A stretch of 64,000 nucleotides of DNA from Amphiscolops sp. MND2022 (Eukaryota). The stretch is from positions 44,332,001 through 44,396,000 of the forward strand of contig OZ076413.1 of NCBI GenBank assembly GCA_964187785.1, read 5' to 3'. Made by a program: the position numbers and the translations under genes. Under the pieces are notes generated by a model. The model was not told where the DNA came from, did no database searches, and saw only the letters and a list, made by a program, of their open reading frames with translations. Positions 1-13,600 of this stretch are shown here, one piece after another (positions within the stretch are counted from its first letter, which is position 1; each line of letters starts with the position of its first letter).

Positions 1-2
1 AC

Positions 3-563
3 GTGGTACAAGATGTTCCCGAGGAAGAACCATCAAAAAATGAATCAACAAGCAAAACTGGCGAAGAAATGAGTGATGAACTTGAACATAAACCCCCAAC
101 GCTAACAAACCCCTTCGAAGATTCAGGACATTCCGAGCTGAATAGCAATTCAATTCAAAAACGGACGATCTTAGCAATTGGATCTGAAACAACCACTAAA
201 GCAGCCTCATCATCTCCGACATCTTCCGGTAGCTTCGGAGCCAACGAAGAATCAGAAGTTGAAGAACAAGATGAAGTTGCTAAGTTACTCAAACAGATAG
301 AATCAGGTGGCAAAATGGTCTCAAGAGACAAAATCAACCCACGCAGGAGGTCTGACCGCAGTGAAAGTTACTGTGGCGAAGAGACTGAGGACCTCGTTTA
401 CGAACAGTTGACACCGAGCAACAAAACCGCACCTGTTGAATCTGAAGAAAACTCCATAGAGCAGACAGAAAACGGAAACGGTGGATATTGGATGCTGGCT
501 GCCTTTGCTGTTGGTGTTTTAGCTTTAGGATCTGCAATATATAGAATGCAGTCTTCGAATTAG
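3..563 (+). CDS. 3' end (last exon, 5'-truncated by the window) of an acidic Ser/Glu-rich protein with a C-terminal transmembrane anchor (tail-anchored-like)
   Basis: Open frame from the window start to TAG at 561-563. Low-complexity S/E-rich body ends in hydrophobic YWMLAAFAVGVLALGSAIY followed by a short tail RMQSSN. Confidence 0.65.
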   Translation: MVQDVPEEEPSKNESTSKTGEEMSDELEHKPPTLTNPFEDSGHSELNSNSIQKRTILAIGSETTTKAASSSPTSSGSFGANEESEVEEQDEVAKLLKQIESGGKMVSRDKINPRRRSDRSESYCGEETEDLVYEQLTPSNKTAPVESEENSIEQTENGNGGYWMLAAFAVGVLALGSAIYRMQSSN

Positions 564-3085
564 ACCTTGAATTTTAGTTTTAGTTTTGTTCAGAATAGCC
601 AAAATTTTATGCAATTTTCAAAACCAAATGTTTTTATAATTCAATTTTTTGGAAACTTCACTTGAGTTTCGCTGTGATTTCAGACTAATAACACTACATG
701 ACTAACCTAACAATTAATGCAACTACACTGCGTCATTCCAGCTCAAATTCTGTAGATAAAAATGTTGTCTATTGATTAGAATTCTAAACATTGAATTAAT
801 TTCAGTTTCTACACTAATTTTACCTCTGACTAAGCCTCCACATTCATAATTTTAAAAACTAGCCGATGAATTAGACATTAAACGCAAACAAGAACTTTAC
901 AGCGTCTCAGGCTTTTGGTTGATCCCAACATCTGTATTTCTATGGGCACAATTTGAAAAAAATACAAGACTGTCAAAGTTAAAAACTTTATCTATCCTCG
1001 GATGTCATTGTAATCATTACAATCACATCTGAGAAGAGATGAAGTTATGATGGCATATTTCCCTGGCGTTTCAAAAGTTTTACTCAAGAATCTCAAATTT
1101 AGTGCTCGATGGCAGCTAGTGGTGAGAGCGTTGGCTCGGAGAAAGTTTGTATGATACTGTATGTATTCAGCTCAAGGCCAAATTTTCAACAGTTCTTATG
1201 CAATTAGCTTTTTCGGATGTACCACAAAGTGAAATAAACTGCAAATCGTCATCATTTCGGATTCAGGGAAAAATTTTTGCGTCTGGCCAGGTAAAAGGCG
1301 AAGAATGGAATCTAGCCATTGCCGAATTTTTTGTCATTTCAACTGAAATGACACGAATGGTTTTTGCTCCTGTAACTCAATGAACGTAAGTTATCTGGAT
1401 ATATCAACCAGAAACAACAGCCATAACGATTTCCGAGCCTCACGTTCTACCGAATTGGGTCTTCTCGAGTTTGTTGGTTCAAACTAATCTGAGTGGTTTC
1501 TTAAAAACTCGTCAAAAATTTCAAGTTTAACAAATTTGAAGTATCACATGCAACACGAAGTGACAATCATAGTGACTTCTTGTTGAATTTTTCCCATATG
1601 TTCGTTGTGACAAAAAACCTCGTATCAAAAATGTTTTAATTCCAGCTAATTCAACTAATCAAATTGAACATCATTCACTTCTTCACCTTGGTTTCTTCAC
1701 AATTATGAGCGAGTTAAGTGAAGAACAGAAGAAACTAAACGATACGCCCTCAATTTACGACGTTCTTGGTAGGAAAGTGTTCTTAGTTCTTCTAGCTCAA
1801 TTTTGCTGTCTTCTTGTCAAAGAGAGGCATCACTTTTGGCAATTTCCTTTTGAAGTTTGGATTTCTTTCAATCGTCCTTTCACAGCTATTACAAGCCGAA
1901 GAGTCATAGCAGAAAAGAAATGACAAATTTAGGCATATACAAGGAACTATATAAAGTCATTGAAAGAACTTTGATACTTGAAGTTTTGACAGTTAAGTAA
2001 CTTTGCAGATCAAAGATGACATTTCTATAGAAAAACCGCACGGACATTTTGTATATGGACTTCCGTTATCAGGTGTCAACATCGAACATTTTCAAAAAAT
2101 TGTGGACATGACGCTGTGGTTATGTGGCAACTAGTTAAAAATAGTTTGCTAAAGTATCAAAGGGAAACATACTTTTTAGCATGAATACGTGATGCATGCC
2201 AACACGACGTAACCGTGGCTCAAGTGGTTTCCAAGATTCATTTGTAAATACTGACAACATTTCATGTCTGCTTGCTGGTGGTTTTTTAATTCAACGTTCG
2301 GAAAAATGATTCATCCTTTTTTCAGGCTTAGTTTAGTGCATCAACAGTTATCCTGTACTTTTTCTGTAAGAAGTCCTCAATTTTCAAGTAAGTAGAATCA
2401 CCTTTTGTTGAAGGAACATCGTTAATTGCACCTCACAGGCAACTGAAATTTTGACTCAGGTAATTCATATGATGAATTTTCAAGAGGCATCATGTTATTT
2501 AAAAAATGTCACATAAAATTTGTAAAATTGTTGAAGCTAGAGAACAAAGGGACAGTTCCGTCGATTAAAAATTTACAATCTTTTACAGAACATTTTCGTG
2601 TAAAACAATGTAGTGTGTCAGTTTGAGTCAGCTATCTACATTGTTTGAGTTTCAGTCCTGATGAAGTCTATGTCGTTTCAGCATTACATCGTCGGTCGGA
2701 TTTATAGCACAACTTTGACAGCCACTGAAATTCCAGGAACTGAATGAAAATTTCGACCACATTCGGAAGCTTGGTACACTACTATTTCGAACTCAATCCG
2801 CTCTCAGTCAGCATGTTCGTTAGAAAACGCAAACTACAGTAGTGTTTTTTTAACCACCTGGGACAGACACATTCCATGTAAAATCAACACCCTTCTTGTT
2901 CGTTGTTAGACATATCATTTGCCTCTTGGCCTAGTGGTTACAGCGGGTGTCACTGTATGGTAACAGTTGCTACTCCCCTAGTTCAATCCTTTTTACGTTT
3001 GCAAAACTAAACTTTATGAGAGGGCCTCTTCTTTGCGATTCTTGACAGCGTGACTTTTGAGTTCCGTGTGAGTTTTGTTTTCAGC

Positions 3086-4796
3086 TGTCGCAGGCTGCTG
3101 CCTGTGACGGATCAATGGCTACGACGACAGCGGAAGGACAAGATATTGCACCGGGTACACTCCCGACTAATTAGAAGTAAAACTTTCCTTACGATTAATA
3201 TCAAGGTTATCTTTCCTAATGATTTTTAGTTAGTGTCCTTTTACAAGTTACTGTTTTAGAATGTTGAAGTTTAAGTGTGTTAACGTTGTTAGATTGTTCA
3301 AGTTGTTGTAAATGAATTTGGATTATATAAAGAGCAATATAAAAGTTGACTGCAAAGCAATACGGAAAAGTGTTCAATTGTACTTTTGTACTCTTACGGC
3401 GTCAACGCTCAGCAATCCTTATTAGCCAATCACAGCCCTACATTAGTGCTAGAATGTAACGCCACAGCTTGCCGGTTAAGGACACTTGACCAATCGCTAC
3501 CTGTGCTTCATTCAATATCAGGCAAATGGCCGGCGTCCGCCGCGTGGAGTGTTTAACGCCTGAGTCGCTATTAACTCATTTAGAAATGCCAGTTGTGTTT
3601 TTTAGAGTAATATGTTAGCCCTTTGTTTAGAAAACGCTTTTGTTACTGTTCGTTATAAGTACTATTAGTTTAGAGTCATGAATGGATGTACCAGTCTCCG
3701 GTCCTAATCCGGACTGTGATGAAAGATCAATATTAAGTCTGACGGCCATATTCGGCGCGTCAAAATAAACTCATGAGCATATTTGTTGGAAAGTTGTAAT
3801 AACTTGATGGCTAGTTAAACTGCCTGTGCTACCACGTGCCTGAATCGTGATTTGCATACCTGACATATTTTGACTGATGATGATGATGCTTTGATGAATA
3901 CCATGAATGGAATGATGTATTCCATAAAAAGTGTTTGAAGCTTATCGGTGACATTGCCCAGTGACCTTTAAATCATTAGATATGTGGGAATATCAACAAT
4001 CACGTGCCGTTTATGGATTTTATACTCGTGATGTATGCTTTATCTAATGTTATATGATTGAAAGGAATGTAACTGTCATGGTTCACGGGGTATAGATACC
4101 TGCCCTCCGCATAAGCAGGACACAATTTGTAAAACTTCATTAGAAATCAGACTTGTTCTAATCTCACAAAATACAATTTTCCGATCTGAAGCAATTCGAA
4201 AATTGCTACTCGGATTTTTTCCAATGCCTACTACAAGAAAACAGAAAAAGACAAGGAAGTCAAGAGGACTAGAATTACTCTCAGATATAGAAAACCTAGA
4301 TATATTGTTAGGTGAAAGACCTTCTGATTGAGATGAAAGTGCAAACAGTAATTCAGTTAGAAGGCCGGAAAGTGCCACTAGTGACATGTTTGGAATTGAT
4401 GAAGAAAACTTGTACTTGAATCATACAGAAATGAGACCAGACAAAAATGCCGATCTAGGTCAAAATTCAACGATCGCTAACTCGAATGCTGAGATCAATA
4501 GGTTGTCGTGTGAGCGTAACTCGAGGTTGCCACAAGAAATGGATGAGATGATGAGCAGTGGTAAAACTCAGATCCAGAGAGCAATTAGTGATGCTATTAG
4601 CAATCAGATATTGCCTCAAATACAGAATGCCCTAAGGGCCAGATCGGGACATGTGACACAAAACAGATGGAACGTTCCGGCTGAGAGACCAGAAATTAAT
4701 CCCGAAGCTTATCGCAGTGAGAAAACTAAAAGCAACTCTAGAAGTGAGCCCATTCGTGGTTGTCTCAATGACATCTCCAAGAACAAGCCTATGACA
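3086..4796 (+). mobile_element. Solo LTR (1711 bp) containing a decayed ORF
   Basis: Termini TGTCGCAGGC...GCCTATGACA form an imperfect inverted repeat (TG..CA). Flanked by the 5-bp TSD TCAGC at 3081-3085 and 4797-4801. Confidence 0.85.
4224..4796 (+). pseudogene. ORF inside the solo LTR (MPTTRKQKKTRKSRG...), probably a gag-like N-terminus
   Basis: ATG at 4224 is in frame with ORF 4386-4844, with one in-frame TGA near 4329. It reads to the LTR end and has a coiled-coil-like segment (QIQRAISDAISNQILPQIQNAL). Confidence 0.55.
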
Positions 4797-5753
4797 TCAG
4801 CGATTGACGAACGTTTTGCATCTAATTTCTTTTGCGTTTTTTAACACCCAGTGACTTTTTCGAACAAAGTGGTGCTCTTTGTGTTTTCACTTAGAGAAAA
4901 ACATTTTAGACTCTCGAGGCTCTCTTTGGATTTTTCGGCACTGTTCAATTCGGAAGATGATTTTTTTTCACAACTGTGATTTATAAAATTTCTCTTCAGT
5001 TTGGGAAAAGCGTTCTCGAATCTCAATATATTTCGTACTGTGAGGTTGACCAGAGTTCTTTTTGAACCTAAAGCGGGGCACCGACTTGGGCCGTTCCCGG
5101 CTTATTATTTTCCGCACACATATAACGGGAAGGAAAATCATAATCTGTGTTGCGTTTTTTCCCAAATTCTGCCAAAACTCCACTTTATTAGTCCATTTAG
5201 TAAATTATAGTCAACATGGCGCAGTTCGTAGTGCGTCTGCCTGGCAGACACGAAGTCGGAAGTCGTGGGTTCGAACGAGGTCGTTACGAAGTGCTCAGTC
5301 GGCGTCTTGTTCATTATACAAGATGAATTCGAAGTTTCGTAGAAGTCAATCAAACCTATCGAAAGCTATGTCTTTGACCTTTCTCCTAAGTTCATCGACA
5401 TGTTTGATTTTCTGAGAAATATCAGAAATCAAATATTTCCTTCATGTGCCTGTTTTTTATGAAATTTTAGATTTGAACGAAATTGAAAAACTTTGTTCCA
5501 AGATATATGTCGATTTAAGGTTGGTACAACAGTTACCAAATCCCACCAATTACTTAGGATGAAAAAATTTTCCCACTGTTAATGTTGCAACGTAACTTGG
5601 TCTCTTTAATAAGAATCAAACAGAAGTTTTTAGAGCAATCTGTACTCTGTCTGTATGTATGCCCTAGGGTCTTTCCTAGAAAATCATAACAGCTTCAAAA
5701 AAACTCCATAAAACTAGAAATACTTTTCCAAGTAGTAGGAATTTATTGAATTG

Positions 5754-5977
5754 TTAATGCAAAATATGATGAACAATGTTTCGTGACTTTGTTATCTGGT
5801 CATGCCGGTATTTGAAGTCGCCTAACAATAGGCCAATAAAAGCTGCCAAGTTTCCGACTGCTAGAATAACCAGTAGAGTGTTGAGGTGACAGAAGGTGCT
5901 GAGGGCAAACATTATGCTACCTCCACTGGCCTGTAAGATCAGAAAAACCGAGAACGTCGATTTGTTTTCCCACTCTC
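5754..5977 (-). CDS. UNC93-like MFS transporter (MFSD11-like), last exon
   Basis: Acceptor ...TTTCTAG|GA at 5978/5977 in phase 1. Encodes EWENKSTFSVFLILQASGGSIMFALSTFCHLNTLLVILAVGNLAAFIGLLL...; stop at 5754. Confidence 0.75.
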
Positions 5978-6208
5978 CTAGAAACAGACAAAACTTATGA
6001 AATTCAGAAAACTTCCGGAGCACAAAAATAAATGAAATCAGTTTATTCAATATTGAAACCATTGCCCTAAAACTGAGCAGAAAAATTTTCAAATTGAAAA
6101 CAATCTTAAAGCTCAACTTATCACAAAAAAATTGGATGTCAGTTGCAAGGATGAAAATGTCTAAATCACAGTTTTCTGTAGTTTATACCAGTAACCTACT
6201 TTTCTTAC

Positions 6209-6465
6209 CAGGAAACCATATAGCTATCGACACGTATAGCTGTGTTTGCAGAATGCAATCGGAGAAGCCGACGAGGAATCCGGCGAAGACGATGAAGAAC
6301 TCGTACAAGGTTGTGACGTAAGCAGGGGTGGAGACTTCGTGTTGAACTGTGGGGAAGAGCAGGAAAAGGAACAGGAGGAAGAAAGATAAGGAGAAGGTAA
6401 TTAACCCCAATAGAGTTGTCATCGGAAGAATTAGGTCTATACTTAGAACACGGGAAATCATCGTC
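6209..6465 (-). CDS. UNC93-like MFS transporter (MFSD11-like), internal exon
   Basis: TTCAG| acceptor and G|GTAAG donor with compatible phases. FLVGFSDCILQTQLY matches the MFSD11-type LLGLGDSCFNTQL motif. Confidence 0.8.
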
Positions 6466-7664
6466 CTGAAATCAAATTACTGAAAGCGCATTCATATATT
6501 ATTATTTCGTGAAACAAAAGGAAACAGAATTCTGTTAGATAAATTTTGAAAACATTTGAGTCTAGCTTCAGGTCGATTCAACTGTGTCTGATTATGTGTG
6601 AGATGATGACTCAGAAATTGCAATAAGTATGTCTAAACCAACGTAGCAAAAGCCAAATTTGTCTAGAAATCTTTCAGAGCTTAAGTGTGACTTTCAACAG
6701 TTCAATCTTCTTTCAATCGATGTGACAAACTCATGGTTTGAACTTTGGTATGTACTGAGTTTCAGTAAAATAAATGATGACCAGTAGTTTTGGTTTTAAG
6801 GATTTGGTTTTGGGTTTTATGGGCCAAAGAGTTAACGTACCAATTCCGATAACGCCAGCTTTCAGTTGAAATCATCCGTGCAACTTTTAGTCGTTTTAGT
6901 CGACGCTTGTTGAAGAAAAAGAGCAGACTATTTCAGTGACTAGTTTTTTCAACCTCCCCTCGAAAGGTCCACTTTCTTTTCAATTTAGTCAGCTTGAAAA
7001 GTCACGTATTGGCAATTAGGAAGTAGCCTAGATGACCTTCTCTGGCTACTTGACTATTTTCGCCTGTGAATTTTTTCCGCATTGTGCGATTTCTTTACGA
7101 CGAATTTTGTTCCAGAAGGATTCCTTAGAAAATTTTGTATTTTAGAAACAACGTGCAAGCAAAGAAAGGGCAAAGACCCTCACTTTTAGTTTTTCCGGAA
7201 CTATGCTACTGTTTTGAAATTTCTCGAAAATTGCTAGGCGGTCCAACTTGAAGGACTTTGTGCATCTTGAGATTAATGCAGGGTGTCGACTTGGGCCGTT
7301 CTAGGCTTGTTTGTTAAACAGAAATACATTCATTTCCGCGTGGAAATGTTGCGTCCAAAAGTTATATTTAGTTTTCGTATAGAACCGTATATTTAGCTCC
7401 TCCCTTCTAAAGGTCATACCGTGTTTATTTGAAACGTTTGAAATCAACCAACCAAAGCAAAACCTTGGTCACACCAATCCCGCTTCAATGCACCTCAACA
7501 AATATTTAAAAAAACTAATTTTTTTCCACCTGCATTTTCGAAAATTCTGTGAGTAGTGCTGACTCCATTTTCTGGACTTTTGTTATCTACAAAAGTCCAA
7601 AATGTTGAACTAGAGAAATCTTAATCCGAAAACATTGAATTTACAATACGAGAATCTGCCTTAC

Positions 7665-7897
7665 CTAATTATAGAAGCAACTATTTCTCCAGCCCCAACA
7701 AATACTCCACACAGACCCAGCAGAGGTTTGGCTCTTTCCTCGTACACGTAGTTTCCTATGCATGTTCCTAATACTCCGGTCCAGAAAGCCAGTTCTAAGC
7801 CGGTGAAGAAACACATCGGCTCAATTGCCAAAAGAATAGGGTGAGTCAAAGCCAGCCAGAGTGTTCTGGGGATAGTCTGTAAGGCTGTTTTGAAAGA
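7665..7897 (-). CDS. UNC93-like MFS transporter (MFSD11-like), internal exon; upstream exons not located
   Basis: TTTTAG| acceptor and AG|GTAAG donor. FTGLELAFWTGVLGTCIG...LLGLCGVFVGAGEI matches MFSD11-type TGLELTFFSGVYGTCIG...IGLSGIFIGIGEI. Confidence 0.85.
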
Positions 7898-9055
7898 CTA
7901 AAACAAGCGGAGATTTGATGTTTAACAATCATGAGAGGAAAAGTGACATCGCAGATAAACTTGAGCTAGCCCAGGTTCATCAGCCATGGATTTTTTAGTC
8001 CGTGGGAAAATTTAAATTTGTTTTCGTAGGATAATTGTTTATATCGTCATAGTTTCAAAAAATATCTCTATCGCTCTTGAAAACACGTTTATTCAAAGAA
8101 ACTGAACTTTTCCTTCAAAGAAAAGCAGAGATGTATACAAAAGGACAACAGCTCCAATTGACAGAAACTGGAAACATTTGCCTAACTTTTGTACAAAGTT
8201 TGGACATTTGTACGTTGCTATAAATAAAAACAGTGCTTTGATTGATTCTCAGTATTTTTTTAGTCGGCGCTTTTTGAAGAAAAGTACGCGACTCTTATAG
8301 TGGGTAGTTTTTTAGACCCGTATGGTCCATTTTTTTGTTCATTGGATGTCCAAACGGATGTCCAAAACATTTTGGAAACGTCAGAACCTCGTCCAAAACA
8401 AAACAGACGTCCAGGACCTCGAAAACAGACTAAGGATCCCCCTTCGGCGATATTGGTGTTTTTAACTCAAGTTTGTTTTCGACACTCCGAGACTTTTTTC
8501 GAAAAACTTCTTTCGTTTTTTTCTTTTGAATGTCTCCAAAGGTCCCCACCTTCATTTTTTTGATATTCTTCAACACGTAGGATGCCAGAAAAATTCAAGT
8601 GGTCAACTTTTTGAGAGCGCCAGTGGCCCGCTCTTGCGGGCATCCGACGCGCCAAATCAGTCTTTTGAGTTTTTCGAAAGTGTTTCGAAACAATTTTGTG
8701 TTTTTTCATGAAAAACGTCCTGAGCATTTTTAAAAGTTTGCGCTTTTTGAGCCTCAGGTATATCGCCAACTTGAGACGTGTTAAAGGGCTCGATAATCAC
8801 TAACTCTGGCTGAATGATAACCTGGAAAAAATGAAGTAGATTATCTTGAATTCATGCAACTGTTAGTTTTATCAGACCATGTGGCAAATCATCTTTTGCT
8901 GAATTCTCCTTTCAATGGTTGTGTTTACTAACAACCAGTTAACAACGGCGGTTGAGTTAGGCTAGAGCATGCGCTCTACCACAACCCCCGGTTTAACACA
9001 AAAGTATACTGGTTAAATATACTATCCAGTAATTTACAAACTGTTGTACATAATT

Positions 9056-9056
9056 G

Positions 9057-9146
<90 letters not shown>

Positions 9147-9160
9147 GTGTGTGTGTGTGT
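9056..9160. repeat. (TA)n followed by (TG)n microsatellite
   Basis: About 43 TA units followed by a short TG run, in the 3' UTR of the LTR element. Confidence 0.95.
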
Positions 9161-10431
9161 ATTGTGGCTACATGCTTTTAAATGTTTGAAGTTTTTAATT
9201 CAAAGTTTATATTTAATGTTCTTCTTCTTGTGTAGGACTAGAAGACAACTGGGTGACCACAATGTTGTGGCCATAGAAATCTGGTTTGTTGCGGGTTCGT
9301 TCGCCTCGGCGGGAAGTGTTTTCTTTCGTCTCATTGTTGTTTGTCTCTTCTTTGTGTTTCTCTTCTTGTTGATCATTGTTGGGGTGATTTTCCCTTTCGG
9401 GGTTGTTTGTTAGATCCAGTTCCTCTTCTGAGTCAGAGAAGATGGTGTCAAATTTTTTCAGGATTTCCTTTTGCTTTTGCTTTCTTAATTTTTGTTGTTG
9501 TTTCTGTCTTTGAGCTCTTTTCTTTAGTTCGATCATGGTTTGATGGGCTGTGCGCTTTGGCTTTCCCATTCCAATTGTATAATTGGGCGTGATGATTGGC
9601 TGTTGTAATTCGTGTTCACTTTCTGGGTTGACGTCATAGGTTGAGTCGCTTTGTCCAATCACTTCGCTTTCTAGTGCATCGAATTGAGGGGTTGGCGTTT
9701 CATTCTCCATTGCCACTTTATTCTTTTGTTCACTGATGCGTAGTTGTTGGTTTATTTGTGTATTGTTCCACTTAAAACAACATAGTTTATTTTCATTCCC
9801 GTTCTGTCCATTGTCTCGTTTTGAGATTATTGTTGATTGTGTTCGGCCGGCTGGGAGAAGTGTTATTGTGTGGTTGCTGTTCTCCAGTAGTACACCCTTC
9901 CTCTTTTTGTATAGTCCTTCTAACTTGGTTTCTCTTGCACTCTCCTTGACCATAATTGCGGAGTCTTGGCCAGATTCGAAGTCGTTGTTGTTGATGTTGA
10001 CTTCTTGGTTGTCTGAAATAATCTGTTTGTGGTTAGTTATTATTCTTTTGATTGTATTTAGTTCTTGACCTCTTTGCCGTTCGAAAGGTGTTTTTTTCGT
10101 GGCTGATGGGTTCATTTTTAGGGCGAACAGTTTTTCTGAGAGGCCTGTTTTATCCTTCGTTACTATTATTTTCTTATTCGTTCTTAGTCGTTCGTTTATG
10201 GTTCGGATTAGTATTTCTACTTTTCCTTTTCCTCTATGGTCTTCAATTTGGCATTCTATGTGGTTTGTGTACCATTCTTTGCAAAATTCTTTGAATTTAT
10301 GGCTTCTAAAAATTGTGGCGTGATCGGTTCTTATTGTTCACGGGATTCCGTGTCTTGTTATGTACTTCTTTAAAAATTCGATTACCTTTTCGGTGTTTGG
10401 TTTTCTTAGAAATTTTGCTTGCGGCCATCCA

Positions 10432-10652
10432 CTATATCAAAATTGTACAACAATTTTTAAATTACTGGATAGTATATTTAACCAGTATGGTTTTGTGTTA
10501 AACCTGGGGGTGTGCTAGAGCGCATGCTCTAGCCTAACTCAACCGCAGTTGTTAACTGGTTGTTAGTAAACTCAACCATTGAAAAGAGAATTCAGCAAAT
10601 GATCATTTGCCGCATGGTCTAATAAAATTACCAGTTGCATGAATTCAAGATA
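10432..10652 (+). repeat. Inverted copy of the element's 3' UTR, PPT and LTR start, embedded in the integrase region
   Basis: Reverse complement of ~8842-9060, including TAGAGCGCATGCTCTAGCC and GAATTCAAGATA. Confidence 0.9.
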
Positions 10653-13600
10653 GTTCCCTAGTATTTGCACGATTTCTATTTGATTAATTGAGTAGCAAAT
10701 TGGCGTTTTTAGGAGTGGCTTGTCAGCGAATTCAATTGTGCTTTGTTCGCACGAATCGGAATCTGATTGGCTACTCACGCTGTTTTGTGTGTTAATTGAC
10801 GCAATTATGCCTTTGATTGTTTGCTTCTTTTGCTTACATAAAACCTCTTTCTCAGCGCTGTCCGTCCGTTCGCCCTCTTTTGTCGTTTGCTTCTCGCTTT
10901 TTATCTGCGCTCTGGTTGGTTTTTTTGCGTTCTCTACCGGCTGTTCTTTCTCTTTTGTCATTTCACTCTCAATTGCCACCCCGATTGTCCTTCCAGGTGA
11001 GTGTGTTACTGTACACTGAAATGGTAAAAGTCTATTATCAACCCACCTTGTAAGTCTACTAGAATATGTTTTATTTGCCCGGTTTCCTTTTAACATAGCA
11101 GTTAGTGCTTTATGATCTGAAATGATTTCGAATTTTATTCCGCACACGTAATTTCTAAAATTTTCAATAGCCCATACTACTGCTAGGAGTTCTAATTCAT
11201 TAATTGACTTTTTTTGTTCAAAGGTTGTAAGAATTCGTGATGGAAAGTGTGTTGCCACCCAACCTTCTTTGCTTTTCTACTGGAGGACGGCCCCGAGTCC
11301 TTCTTTGCTGGCATCACAGATAATTCGTACAGGTTGGTTTCTTCTGAAATTTTTTATTTCTGTGATTTTTTGTATTGCTTTTTTTATGTTTTGAAAAGCG
11401 GTTTCTTGTTCTTCTTCCCATTTCCATTCTGTACTTTTGCTAAGAAGTGGTCGAAGGGGGGCGCATAGTTTTGCGAGGTTCGGGATGAAACGCTTCATTT
11501 GATTTAAGGCTCCCATTAGAGATCGTAGTTCTTTTAGGGTCTTTGGTCGTAGTCGGTCTGAGATAGCTTGTATTTTTTCATCTATCGGTTTTATTCCGCT
11601 TGCTGATAGATAGTAACCCAGCCATTCTGTTTTTCTTTGTGCTATTTTGCATTTTTCTGATTTTCTTCGAATACCAGCTTCATCGAGTATTTTTATGACC
11701 TCTTCTACCTTTTCGATGTGTTGTTGTAGTGTCCCCTTTGTAACAATTAGAATGTCGTCAAAAAATGGAAAAGTATTTCGTATCTTGTGAAGTAGTTTGT
11801 CCATGATTTTTTTCGGATTCAGGTGGCATGATAGTTAGTCTGTAAAATCCAGTATTGAATGCATAAGTGCCAGTTGCTCGGCCACCTATGATTTGGAAAT
11901 TACAGTGTCGGGCTGTTTCTAGGTGGAGTTCCGTTTGGCCATAAGCGTATATCATGTCAAGCGATCTGGATCCGATTTCCTCCTCCTTTTCGCTATTTAT
12001 TATATCAGCTAATTGTTCCATTAAAATTTCCAAATTTGGCATTTGGTACCTTTGTTTCAGGATGGCGTTATTCAGGGCTCTGGCATCTAGTGCGATCTTG
12101 ACAGTTTTGTCCTTCTTGATCGTCACCACCACAGGTTGTATGAATACTTCATCGCTAATTTTGTCTACCCGTCTGATGTAATTTTTTTAGTAGTATTTCT
12201 ATTTCGTCTTCTACTGCGTCCTGCCGTTGGAGTGGTGTTCGCCTTGCCTTCTGCTGGGTGATGGTTGCATCTTTTCGGAATTCACATTTAATTTTGTTTC
12301 CCTTAAATTTCCCTTGTCTACTGAATAGTTCTGGGAACTTTTCTTCAAATTGTTCAATATTTTGTTCTTCGGAAATGTGATGAATAGTTTCAGGGTACTC
12401 TATGATTCCGTTTGCTGAACCCACTCTGAAATTTAATTGATTCAACCAATCTCGACCAATGAGGGTTCGTTTTCCATCTTTTGAGATGACTATTCGGGCG
12501 TTTTTGATCGTTCTTTTTCCTTTTACGTTTACGTTTGTAAATCCTAGTAGGTTGAGTGGTTTGTTGTTGTAGTCGAAATACTGTTCGGATTTTGGCATGG
12601 GTCTTGCGAATATTACGTCCGCTTTTAGTATCTCCCGTAGGTCTGCTTGAGTGAATATTGTGATCGGAGAACCAGAATCAATCATTGTAGTGAATGGTTG
12701 ATTATTTGTTTTGCTTTTCATTACGAATGGTAGGGTATCACTTCCGCAAATATGTAACACCATATTGTCTTCATCTTGCTCATTGCTTTCTTCTGATTGG
12801 TTGTCTTCTCGCTCAATCAGGTTTATTCTCCGCATTCCGGCTCTTCTCCCCAAAATTGCCTCTTCCCCTGACATTACCACTTTTGGGCGTTTACACCTTC
12901 TTGCATAATAGCCTTTTGTTGCGCAGTTTCTGCATTTTTCATTCTTTGCCTTGTATAGTGCTAGGTGGTTTTGTGAAAACTTTAGGCCAAATCTTGTGCA
13001 CGGGTTTTTTCTTTCGGTAACTGCGTACACTGATTCGTTTTTAATTTCGCGTCTTCCACTTTCGAATGTTTGATGTTGACTAATTCCTTCTTCGTAGTCA
13101 ACGGCAAAGCTGAATGCTTTTTGTGGGTTGTCCTTTGGTTCAGTACACAGTTTTTGTTGTACCATTTTGTTGTTCATGTTTTGAACAAAAGTGTCCATTA
13201 TCAGACTTTCGGACTGTTCTCCGATTGCACATTTCGCTGCCATTCCTGTGAGTGTATGCCAAAATTGTCGAAAGGTTTCTTTTGGTGCTTGTTTTCTGGC
13301 AAAAAGAATTTGTACCGTTCTAACGTTCTGTTTCTCGGTTTGATGAAGGCTTGTTCGCAGTTATCCTTTAGATCTTTTAGTGAGATTGCGGTCACTCTTT
13401 TTTCTGGATATTTATCTGTGAGACTTTTTCTGGCTGCGGATCCCAAAGATAGAAATAGGACACTTACTTTATCTCTCTCTGCGACTTGTTCTCTTAAGTT
13501 GTTAATGAGGGCTGCTTTTCTCGGTTGTTGTTGTGTTACTGTTCTCAACATTTCATTTACTGGAATTGAGTATTTCGCATTTGCTGCTACCGTGAAAAGA

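Larger units (their letters stand above)
2921..5105 (+). mobile_element. tRNA-derived SINE-like element split by the solo LTR
   Basis: A-box-like TGGCCTAGTGG (~2927) and B-box-like AGTTCAATCC (~2980). The tail motif CGACTTGGGCCGTTCCCGGCTT at ~5082-5103 recurs at ~7288 and, interrupted, at 8765/13941. Confidence 0.5.

Noticed and set aside
5218..5285. tRNA-like segments here and at ~1105, ~14202 and ~40552
   Set aside because: Only A/B-box remnants without a full cloverleaf; treated as degenerate SINE heads, not tRNA genes.
9054..9413. ORF with a YIYIYI run
   Set aside because: It is a translation of the (TA)n microsatellite, antisense to the retrotransposon.
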